Shown: positions 57,593-64,000 of the stretch, in pieces | How positions within the stretch are numbered: the first letter of the stretch is position 1 | Layout: the number at the start of each line of letters is the position of its first letter | Assembly (NCBI GenBank): GCA_012295275.1 | Contig: CM022674.1 | Coordinates: 10,664,001 to 10,728,000, forward strand | Length of the DNA stretch: 64,000 nucleotides | DNA from: Chrysomallon squamiferum | Lineage: Eukaryota; Animalia; Mollusca | Direction of reading: 5' to 3' | Made by a program: the position numbers and the translations under genes | The notes under the pieces: model-generated | The model's input: the letters and a program-made list of their open reading frames with translations, nothing else | Told to the model about the DNA's origin: nothing | Database searches by the model: none

Positions 57593-57933
57593 GTTTGTGT
57601 CTGTATGTCTATGTATTTTCATTTCAACAGCACCCTCTATATGGTGCATTTATAGGGTTATGGTGCAAGCAATTAAAACAGAAAACGAGTGAAGTTTAGC
57701 TTGTCCTGTCATGAAAGAAAAACAAATTCAGTTTTAATATCACTGGGGGTGCATGTTTTAGAATACAGTATTATTTGCTCTCGTAAAATCAGAAATTAAA
57801 ATGCACTACATTAATTCATAATAACAGTTATTTGATGCATAATACATAAACTTACATTTGAATATTGCTATTTAACAAACCCACCTTTGACGATGTTAAT
57901 TGTATATTCTTTAGCTGCGCTTTCTTCTCCCAT
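1694..57933 (-). CDS. KAZN: Kazrin (periplakin-interacting, liprin-related coiled-coil plus 3xSAM protein), spliced gene model: join(57885-57933,15517-15852,11601-11816,10864-11024,10500-10646,9540-9690,7555-7752,6987-7174,6540-6652,5487-5724,4736-4837,4152-4318,2182-2305,1694-1852), about 782 aa
   Basis: Peptides match recalled kazrin motifs: MVDENKQLALKIDG..ANEEVNILRAELADTNKRL, ELSRAKEALQAMKADRKRLKGEK..ELRDFIRNYE, EREKWE, and SAM blocks HRRKLRLAIE, DGRILN..DLEKHFGVHRKFHQASIL, DPIVWTNQR, SGVNGALMVLE..ALGIP..LRRH. All introns are GT-AG and phases join without a stop. The first exon is less certain than the other 13. Confidence 0.93.
2182..2305 (-). CDS. KAZN: Kazrin exon, post-SAM tail (AALDTPNNN...NRLSFR)
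   Basis: tttcag|A acceptor, AGA|gtacgt donor, 124 nt, phase 2 to 0. Confidence 0.85.
3088..3180. repeat. About 21-bp tandem repeat, about 4-5 copies (cacaaattaaatgttaatttt)
   Basis: Visible tandem units. Confidence 0.85.
4152..4318 (-). CDS. KAZN: Kazrin exon, SAM3 C-terminal part (EYSQNLKESGVNGALMVLE...LIKPAR)
   Basis: ttgcag|GAA acceptor, AG|gtgaga donor, 167 nt, phase 0 to 2; liprin/kazrin SAM3 signature. Confidence 0.95.
4736..4837 (-). CDS. KAZN: Kazrin exon, SAM2-SAM3 linker and SAM3 start (VLSERRSHCEESDSDPIVWTNQRIVKWIQSIELG)
   Basis: attcag|GTG acceptor, GGA|gtaagt donor, 102 nt, phase 0-0. Confidence 0.95.
4841..5394. repeat. 35-bp minisatellite, about 16 copies (aatacagcaacatctttattactagctgatgttta)
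   Basis: Directly visible tandem array abutting the acceptor of exon 4736-4837. Confidence 0.97.
5487..5724 (-). CDS. KAZN: Kazrin exon, SAM2 (KYPKAG...SVFENQLADGRILNLISKKDLEKHFGVHRKFHQASILHAIELLRRLNFDKE); contains an internally frame-shifted segment
   Basis: ttgacag|T acceptor, GAG|gtgagt donor, 238 nt, phase 2 to 0; the conserved WVAHRWLPDLGLP lies in the +1 frame at 5648-5686. Confidence 0.9.
5707..6190. repeat. Degenerate dispersed copies of the SAM2 exon acceptor region (ccag..tttggatacttactgtcaaaata.aacatg)
   Basis: Copies at about 5707, 5812 and 5896; weaker ones at about 5962 and 6158. Confidence 0.75.
6540..6652 (-). CDS. KAZN: Kazrin exon, SAM1 C-terminal half (VLLGLSDSDLSAALGISNPIHRRKLRLAIEEQRDPTEV)
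   Basis: tctcag|GTT acceptor, GT|gtaagt donor, 113 nt, phase 0 to 2. Confidence 0.95.
6987..7174 (-). CDS. KAZN: Kazrin exon, SAM1 N-terminal half (…WKANQVLAWLEITLSMSCYGKMCAENIKSGK)
   Basis: tttcag|AG acceptor (an in-frame alternative AG lies 6 nt further in), AAG|gtggga donor, 188 nt, phase 1 to 0. Confidence 0.93.
7555..7752 (-). CDS. KAZN: Kazrin exon with basic NLS-like patch (KKRKKRRPFGSLPRMFSKGRLRRS)
   Basis: tttacag|TT acceptor, G|gttagt donor, 198 nt, phase 1-1; resembles the kazrin basic-FGS-x-x-R-x-F-x-x-G segment. Confidence 0.9.
8566..9090. repeat. About 60-62-bp AT-rich minisatellite, about 8 copies
   Basis: Unit gttatatactattaagtacactattatattctactttattattttatttttacactcact; explains ORFs 8631-8942 and 8869-9117. 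Confidence 0.95.
9484..9546. repeat. 21-bp unit x3 containing the exon donor site
   Basis: gcagcaaagtttacctgaaaa starts at 9484, 9505 and 9526. Confidence 0.97.
9540..9690 (-). CDS. KAZN: Kazrin exon, low-complexity linker (LKEKTPNGPNKSVCLSD...SSSFS)
   Basis: tctacag|CTG acceptor, CAG|gtaaac donor (triplicated), 151 nt, phase 0 to 1, which is the phase change needed between its neighbours. Confidence 0.85.
10500..10646 (-). CDS. KAZN: Kazrin exon, coiled coil (LAVEKEESEREKWEIIKKAREAAERAVILRSQLDSKDQMIRKLEEELNE)
   Basis: tgttag|TTG acceptor, GAG|gtaata donor, 147 nt, phase 0-0. Confidence 0.95.
10864..11024 (-). CDS. KAZN: Kazrin exon, coiled coil (MKADRKRLKGEKLDLLNQMKQLYNTLEEKETELRDFIRNYE...SIKQ)
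   Basis: ttgcag|CT acceptor, CAG|gtaaac donor, 161 nt, phase 1 to 0; the most diagnostic kazrin motif. Confidence 0.96.
11601..11816 (-). CDS. KAZN: Kazrin exon, coiled coil (…ENEIVKLKEENSRLESQVKSL...ELSRAKEALQ)
   Basis: actcag|GT acceptor, CAGG|gtaatc donor, 216 nt, phase 1-1. Confidence 0.92.
15262..15486. repeat. CT-rich simple repeat (tcttcctcactctc-like)
   Basis: Low-complexity tandem units; explains ORF 15236-15511. Confidence 0.9.
15517..15852 (-). CDS. KAZN: Kazrin common exon 2 (IQSLDSLNDQIVQYVFAQ...RRLLLDAQSKFRKMVDENKQLALKIDGSIQAANEEV...ENE)
   Basis: tttgcag|CT acceptor, GAAG|gtaatt donor, 336 nt, phase 1-1. Confidence 0.93.
15841..16610. repeat. 52-bp minisatellite, about 15 copies, each carrying the exon-2 acceptor and first exon bases
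   Basis: Unit gagactggatagctgaaaatacagttttaaatattgtttaaaatacaataca (variant gtgagtggat); the first copy overlaps the exon boundary at 15852. Confidence 0.97.
17227..17284 (-). CDS. Candidate proximal alternative first coding exon (MSKDSEVLSQNDECESFVS)
   Basis: aaataATGT start, 19 codons + 1 nt, TCAG|gtactg donor (moderate), phase 1. Confidence 0.4.
19285..19920. repeat. Degenerate tandem repeat of about 120 bp, about 5-6 copies
   Basis: caagtctatca.ttacac/tagct.tggcttttgatttt recurs at about 19299, 19428, 19544, 19667 and 19783. Confidence 0.8.
20974..21092. repeat. Dispersed direct repeat, copy 1 (about 119 bp)
   Basis: Nearly identical to 24617-24735. Confidence 0.92.
21157..21498. repeat. 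22-23-bp minisatellite, about 15 copies (acagatatctcaaccatgttaaa)
   Basis: Visible tandem array. Confidence 0.96.
24617..24735. repeat. Dispersed direct repeat, copy 2 (about 119 bp)
   Basis: Nearly identical to 20974-21092. Confidence 0.92.
28735..29902. mobile_element. Degenerate inverted-repeat element (MITE/foldback-like), arms about 105 bp at 28735-28841 and 29801-29902
   Basis: Left ctgcccaaagcagatgtgcatgaaccccaaa..tgaacttgtcat is the reverse complement, with mismatches, of right atgacaagttca..tttggggttcatgcacgtctgcctagggcag; no transposase ORF; target-site duplication not identified. Confidence 0.6.
31907..32012. repeat. 24-bp tandem repeat, about 4.5 copies (gataaatgtaattaaactgctatt)
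   Basis: Visible tandem units. Confidence 0.92.
37278..37389. repeat. 36-bp tandem repeat x3 (ggagatgttagagactgtgtcacttggcagtgctga)
   Basis: Exact repeats; explain ORFs 37253-37453 and 37258-37458. Confidence 0.95.
37966..38014 (-). CDS. Candidate alternative first coding exon (MSHCFMYSINDFTKIF)
   Basis: Two in-frame ATGs, 16 codons + 1 nt, consensus TTG|gtaagt donor, phase 1. Confidence 0.35.
38122..38290 (-). mobile_element. Probable SINE/LINE 3' end remnant with terminal stem-loop and (CCAT)n tail
   Basis: GC- and CpG-rich island in an AT-rich intron; GTGCCC-N18-GGGCAC hairpin at 38150-38179, followed on the minus strand by AAAAAGAG and CCATCCATCCATC. Confidence 0.5.
38325..38805. repeat. 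Degenerate tandem repeat of about 115-140 bp, about 4 copies
   Basis: tcaccagataatta.aaattt…actgaataa…aaaaagtttctt…ttgtttatttaaatgt recurs. Confidence 0.8.
39168..39530. repeat. Compound (TG)n/(TA)n microsatellite
   Basis: Simple repeat; source of six spurious ORFs. Confidence 0.97.
40050..40305. repeat. About 72-85-bp tandem repeat x3
   Basis: tgtttagttgtctacacactgtctactgtctacattattttataaggtttacatgtctgcatattct recurs three times. Confidence 0.92.
42225..42309 (-). CDS. KAZN: Candidate alternative first coding exon of kazrin (MSAVENVPLTFKHKFTDAFDSQNTVALT)
   Basis: acatcATGT start, 28 codons + 1 nt, ACAG|gtaacc donor, phase 1; locally GC/CpG-richer, with paired CCAAT boxes upstream. Confidence 0.6.
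42697..42731 (-). promoter_or_regulatory. Two CCAAT boxes 30 bp apart, about 390-420 bp upstream of the 42309 ATG
   Basis: ATTGG at 42697-42701 and 42727-42731 (CCAATCGGA and CCAATCAGA on the minus strand); tandem NF-Y-type spacing. Confidence 0.4.
48908..49160. repeat. 58-bp minisatellite, about 4.4 copies
   Basis: ctgatctatgaatggttgtaaactttttcaaataattagttctacacatatttcctaa at 48908, 48966, 49024 and 49082. Confidence 0.96.
51228..51468. repeat. (CT)n/(CCCT)n polypyrimidine microsatellite
   Basis: Simple repeat. Confidence 0.96.
52356..52422 (-). mobile_element. Possible degenerate tRNA-derived SINE head
   Basis: Minus strand reads GTGGCAGAGTCA…GGATCAAATCCC, loosely like Pol III A and B boxes; does not fold into a convincing tRNA. 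Confidence 0.25.
53080..53300. repeat. 12-14-bp tandem repeat (tctcaatctctgtg)
   Basis: Visible array; explains ORFs at 53052-53509. Confidence 0.93.
54170..54460. repeat. Degenerate (GGAT)n microsatellite
   Basis: Simple repeat; explains His/Pro/Ser-rich ORFs. Confidence 0.93.
55287..55548. repeat. (TTA/CTA)n trinucleotide microsatellite
   Basis: Simple repeat; explains the poly-Leu ORF. Confidence 0.97.
57885..57933 (-). CDS. KAZN: Probable distal first coding exon of kazrin (MGEESAAKEYTINIVK + A of AIQSLDS)
   Basis: ATG in strong context (ccagcATGG), 16 codons + 1 nt, AAAG|gtgggt donor, phase 1 as exon 2 requires; lies where CpG-poor sequence turns CpG-rich. Confidence 0.65.
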
Positions 57934-58300
57934 GCTGGTTACGAAAATGAGATAGCGTCGATAACGCAGACTATTAGCGCACACATTAAACGTCGTCTGC
58001 TGTCAGCAGACTTTTCTTCCGGCTTATAAAACAGCAAAATAATTAAATCATCTGTCAATTCGGCTTGTACCGACACTGATATTGCCAGATTGTGAGCAGC
58101 ATACAACACAAAACACTCTCGAAATAAGATGCATTTCGCGTTTCGCAGAGTCAGCGCGACCCAAAAGACTCGACATGAAAGGGATTCGATAAAAGGTAAA
58201 TGCTGGTGTGATATATTATTACAATTATGTCAGGTTACACCTTTGCAAGCGTGCATGACATCACAAGAACGATCCATTTTTTTTCGTAGGTGTGAGAGAC
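57890..58300 (-). promoter_or_regulatory. CpG-rich putative promoter/5' UTR of kazrin
   Basis: Many CG dinucleotides (gctgcgc, gcgtcg, cgtcgt, ttcgcgtttcgc, gcgcga) compared with the CpG-poor 57 kb before; palindrome at 57995-58011; TGACATCA at 58256-58263. Confidence 0.5.
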
Positions 58301-58445
58301 TTTTGGAAACACAGAGCATCATTTCTATATTTAAATTGTATTAAAATAAACATGATATAATTATAAATGTAAGCTGAAATAAATTATTATTAATGACGTA
58401 GTGATTACTTATTAATATAGCAACTACAGCATCAACAACAACAAC

Positions 58446-58481
<36 letters not shown>

Positions 58482-59999
58482 CCTGAAAATTTAAGAAAAA
58501 ACAAAAGAAAGAAAGAAAACTAATTTGATATATTTCTACCACTGCAGAGATAACAACGATGCTGTATCAAGGAAGGTGGTGGTATAACCTTTACGTTGAT
58601 GACGTTCTGTTTATACGAGTTAACCAGGTCTGTATGTGTGATATTTCACTAGATCACTTGAGGATGCGAGATGGAACAGTAGCAGACTTAATCTCTCACA
58701 GCAGAAAACAAAAAAAAATATCCTAGCTTACATGATAATAGGTGAAGTGAACATTTTCATGTTTTCACTCTTTAGTTCACTTATTACAGTTAACACTTTT
58801 CAGATAGGTTAAAGCTTTCTACAGCTCAGTGTGTCTAAATCCGCCCTTTTAATTAAAGAAAAACTCTTACAACAACAACAACAATAACAATAATAATAAA
58901 AATGTATTTATTTAAATGTTCCATTTATGAAATATAATTAAGCATGCCAAAAGTCAAATAAATTCGTAAAAAGGGTTAAGCATCATTATTATTATTTTAT
59001 TTGTTTTTATTGTTGTTATTTTTCTCCAGCCATTACAAATTAAATTTAAAACAAAACAAAACAACAAAAAACCCAAAACAATAAACAACATTATGATGTT
59101 GTCACGGAATTTAATTTCAAAATGAAAGAAAGAAAAATCCCCTAAATAGTTCAGCGATGACAATCAGTTTATATATATCACATAAATTTCCGTGTGACAA
59201 TTCGATCTACTGAAATACCGTATAAACAGTTTTAACGTGTTAAGCTATATATACATATTATATATAATAATATACTTATTTTTAAATTAATAATTTAAAA
59301 GAAGAAGAAAACCCAGTCTGTGCAGACTGTCAACACGTAACTAAGGAAGTGGTGATGGTCGAGTTACTCTTACGCCCAATGGGTTACAGCGAATCAGTTC
59401 CGCAAATATCTCACATTCAGTGAATAAAACACATAACTATTTCATAGTGTGAGAGTGTCAGCATGTAGTTCATTCCTGTATAAAAACATTTCTATGATTT
59501 CATTTGTCCTGTTATTCCATTAATACAATTGTTTAATTATCAGTGTTATGTAAGTCAATTGAAACGATGTTAGAGATACAAAATAAAAAAAAAAATTAAA
59601 ATTTAAAATTTAAAAAGTTAAAAAAAAGAGAAGAAATAATAAAAATAAAAGAAGAATACATTATAATAGGAATATTTACATGATGAGATAATAACCGCGT
59701 TAAGAAATGAGTTGAAATTCAAGTGATATTTTATTCTGCAGATTACTGAAACGCTGTCATCAGTTTTATTATAACGCGAAATAAAACGGACACTGTCAGT
59801 TCAGACTGACGCTATGATTACGTAAAGTCTGTCTGACTCATGTTTTTCCGCGTGTGGAAAACTATGTATTCATTAATTTTGGCAATGTTTCTAAATCTTT
59901 TAAATCTCTGTAGATACTGACACGTAAAAAATAAACTGTATCAAAAAAACCCCACCAAAACCCCCCAAAAAACAACATATCTAAATATATAAACTAGAA

Positions 60000-60030
<31 letters not shown>

Positions 60031-60496
60031 AACAGGTTATGACTAAAAAATGAAGATTTATAGTTTATGGCTATTGCAGTAATTAGCTATATGCATATAG
60101 TTATAATGAATATATCTGTTAAATAATGCCGTCAGCTTTTTATATGTGTGTGTGTTTGTCTACCTATCTGTGTGTCTCTCTGTGTGTATATGTTAGCAAA
60201 ACAACAACAACAAATAATAATAAATAAAATAAATAAATAAACAAAAACAAAACAAAACGCACAGAAAAAAAAAAAAAAAAAAAACGCACAATACAGCTAT
60301 CCACCAAATTTTGATTATTTAAATAAAGACTTACAACATACTCTCTGACTTTTCAGATGGCAATCTCTAAAACTTAGAGGAACTTTTTTCTTCTTCTTTT
60401 TTGTTTATTTATTTATTTATTTATTTATTTATTTTATTATATATTATTATTATTATTATTATTATTATTTATCTTATTGATTTTTGTATTTTACAG

Positions 60497-60540
<44 letters not shown>

Positions 60541-61060
60541 TGTACTTACCCAGTTCACTAAAGATGCTTGCACGTGCCCTATGTTGTTAATTCAGTGTTT
60601 GCGTCAGCAAGTGAAATAAATAAGTGTGAAGAGCTATTTTAAGATAGACAGAGATAAAAGTCCGCAAGCCAAAAAACAAAAACAAAAAAAATCAGCAGCT
60701 TATTAATGTTGCGAAGAATTTGTTAATACCCTGCTTTCAACTCAGACTGATAAAAAGCATATGTAATTTCCTTTCCTATTTCTCGGGTTTCTTTTTCCAG
60801 CTTTCTTTGTTCTTATTTTTCATCTTCTACTTATTTTTATTTATTTTTTTTTTTTTAAATTTTATTTATTATTATTATTATTATTATTTATTTTTTTTTT
60901 TTTTTTTTTTTTGTATTTTTATTAATATTCTTTTATTATTATTATTAATGGTATTATTAGCTTATAATTTTAATTCAGTTTTCCTTCTCTTTTTCTGAGA
61001 TGGAAGAAAAAAATCCATTTGTGGGTTCATATCTGTTTCTGTCTTTATTTTTTATTTTTC

Positions 61061-61103
<43 letters not shown>

Positions 61104-61174
61104 TTAATTTTACTATTTAGTTTGACGGTTAATCATAGTGTTCATTATGATAATTAAAAGACTGTAATCACCAA

Positions 61175-61231
<57 letters not shown>

Positions 61232-62792
61232 GTTATTATTATTATTATTGTTGTTGTTGTTGTTGTTGTGGTTGTTGTTGTTGTTGTGTTGTTGTTGTTT
61301 AAACTTACATTAACGTATGCCTTATTGAAAATATAAATATACCCATTTAAAAAAATAATAAATATTTAAAACAATAATATAAATAAAATATAAATCTATA
61401 TAAAAATGTCTGAGTCGCAAAAACATAACAACAAAAAAAAAAAAAAAAAAAACAACAAAAACAAATGAATAAAAAAAAAAAATAGAAAATAAAACTAATA
61501 ATAATAACATATATACATACATACATACATACATACAAATAAAAATAAAATAACATGAGTCTTAAACGGCAGTGACTCTGACACTAGTAGGGACTAAGAT
61601 GTCGGTGATGATTACTATGTTGGCAACGTCAGTGTCTTATAATGACAGTCATTTCGTTCGACAGAACAGTCTGATTAAGAACAAAAATAAACTATAAAAA
61701 AATAAATAACAGTAGCCGATTTTTTATTTTATCCTTTTACTTAAAAATATAAAATGGAAACAGAATATAAATATTATTTTTAGGTCTTTAAAAAATATTG
61801 GTGATCTATATAAATACTTTTCAGCAACGTTGGATGTATCTCAGCAAGAACTGGATAGAATTTGTACATCCTCACTAGCACCGGAAAAACCAAGAATATC
61901 GTATACACTGCTACCTAGCAGTATTCTTAAATTTGTGTTTTTGTTTGTTTTAGTTGGATTTTTTTAAATTATTAATCTAATCGCTTGGTTATATAGGCCG
62001 AAGGAGAGAGTATTTTAGGCATGTAAACATTAAAAATGAAAAAAAAAAAAGTAATCCTTATTAATGACATGGAATGATTTATATAATTACTGCTATCATT
62101 ACGTCTCTATTACGTCATTTCCCCAAGGCTGTTGTTAATTTATCGTGTCAAAAATCGCGCACTTGGTGTGTCTGATACAAAGAGGACTGTAACCATTCAT
62201 TTTATTCATCATGTTTGTCTTTTATTTGCTTTGTTTATTACTACAGTTCTGAATCGAAACGCAAAATATCCTTATTATATATATATATTTTAAAACTAAA
62301 GATGTTAACGATGTGTTATAAATTTTTAAACAGGTAAAAAACAAACTAAAGTCGTTATTGGCGGAATACATTTTTTATTACAGCCAGTTGGCTACAATGG
62401 TGTTTCTGACATAACATGCACATAAATATAGTCTATGTATTTATTAGTAACTGTTGTCTTTATACATACATATGTGTATGTGTGTATGTATGCTTGCATA
62501 ATATAGTTTGAGAAGATTTATAAGTAACTATAAATCTGAAAATTAAAATATTAATCTCTTAACTAATTAATTACATTGAAGGTGAATAGTATTTTGTTAC
62601 GATTATATTGTTACATGAATATACTGCATTGGTTGACGGCATGCTCTGAGAATGTTTGAGCTGATAGTTTAATTGGAAAAAAAAAATATGCTGTTAAAGA
62701 ACATCACACACATACACAAAAAATAGTGGGAAAAAAGCATGCAATAAAAGATCAATAATAATAATAAATAATAATAATAATAATAATAATAA

Positions 62793-62900
62793 TACAGTCA
62801 AACCTCTTTATAATGCTGTTCGGTACACCGTTATCTCCGATTATCGCCACAAAAAGTTTGAGCACCGGTTTTCAGTACTTAAACACAGGTAAACATACCT
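62793..62900 (+). mobile_element. Possible left end of a Tc1/mariner (pogo/Tigger-like) non-autonomous DNA transposon
   Basis: TA|CAGTCAAACCTC next to a (TAA)n run resembles pogo/Tigger-type termini with a TA target; only a partial mate (gaggtttg, 63322-63329) is in the window. Confidence 0.35.
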
Positions 62901-64000
62901 CGCTTTACCGCCTTTCTCGTGGTCAGGTAATGTTACAGGTGACAGCCTCTATTTCATACACATAGTTAAATAGATATCAGACGATCTTCTTTGTAATCAT
63001 TATCATCATCAATTAAACCAGTTTTCATTTTGAATCGTATTTTATGCATTTCTATACAGTTAAAACCTTCAGAGGAAATCAGCTGGGTATAACACTACGG
63101 AAAATGCTTTCAGGTTGTAATGTTTGATGTTATTAGCGTGTTGTAAGCGGCTGACCGCTAGTATTTGTACACTGCTAAACACATTTTTTGTTTTCTTAAA
63201 ATCGTTCGTTAATGATTACCAATTTATCAAACGATCAAAATAAAGGGTTCCATAACTCGGCATACTTTTGTTATTCCATCAGATTACTGGGCAAGCTCTG
63301 GAGTGTTTAGTGGTCAGAACTGAGGTTTGGCACATATAGTAATCTGAATTACAAACAAAGTAGTTCTACCATTAAATTAGTTATAATCTCAAATCGGTTG
63401 AACAGTAGTATGTGGTTTATTAAAAGGTTTGATTGCACTGAGCTTTAAATTTTACTGCATTAAAATTACTGCGACAGGATTTTGAAGATATTTTTCTCGG
63501 TTTAATATGTTTCCAAATAAACTTTACTGTTGTTTTGTTTTACTAATTTTTATTTATTTAGTTTTGTTTTATTTTATTTTATTTCTTAAATAATTAATTT
63601 ATTTAAATGTGCTGCCTGTATTTGTGTATGCGTTTACGTTTGTATGTGTGTGTGTACTATTTCAGTGATCTATATTCTAACCAACGAATTTTTAAAAATA
63701 AGTAAATTTAAAAATAATGTTCTGCTCTCCAAATCGTTCGGATCTGATTTTGAAACGAGTAAGGTGTGAAATGAGATGCTAATTGTTTGTTTCTATGCTA
63801 AAGTGCAAACAGTTGTGAAAATTTTACGTTTTCTTTATAAACACTAAAAACAACACCCGAAATTTACCAAAGTTTCCAACGTCTTCGATTGTTCCTGACA
63901 GTTCTTCTAGTTTCCGCTTTATTTCAGACGAGACCTCTTCTTCCATACTGGTTTTGAAATATTTCGAATAATTTCTAGTTACAGATTTCAATTTAAGTGT

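Noticed and set aside
39161-61556. Many ORF-track entries rich in CV, HT, LS, poly-L or poly-I
   Set aside because: Translations of (TG)n, (CA)n, (CT)n, (TTA)n and (GGAT)n microsatellites

Overview
AT-rich, microsatellite- and minisatellite-rich animal genomic DNA (an invertebrate, plausibly a mollusc, by inference only), not prokaryotic. One protein-coding gene can be supported: a minus-strand kazrin (KAZN) orthologue with an N-terminal coiled coil, a basic NLS-like patch, three SAM domains and a C-terminal T-x-V motif. I reconstructed 13 GT-AG, phase-consistent exons from 15852 down to the TGA at 1694-1696. The best first coding exon is at 57885-57933, at the edge of a CpG-rich zone (about 782 aa in total, first intron about 42 kb). 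Several other phase-matched ATG-to-GT mini-exons inside that intron suggest alternative first exons. The most unusual observations are (i) tandem repeats that copy or abut the gene's own splice sites at four junctions, and (ii) a SAM2 exon whose conserved WVAHRWLPDLGLP motif sits in the +1 frame between two compensating shifts that resemble the neighbouring minisatellite, probably an assembly artefact. A degenerate inverted-repeat element, a dispersed direct repeat and SINE/DNA-transposon remnants are also present. I see no convincing evidence of a wholly new biological system.
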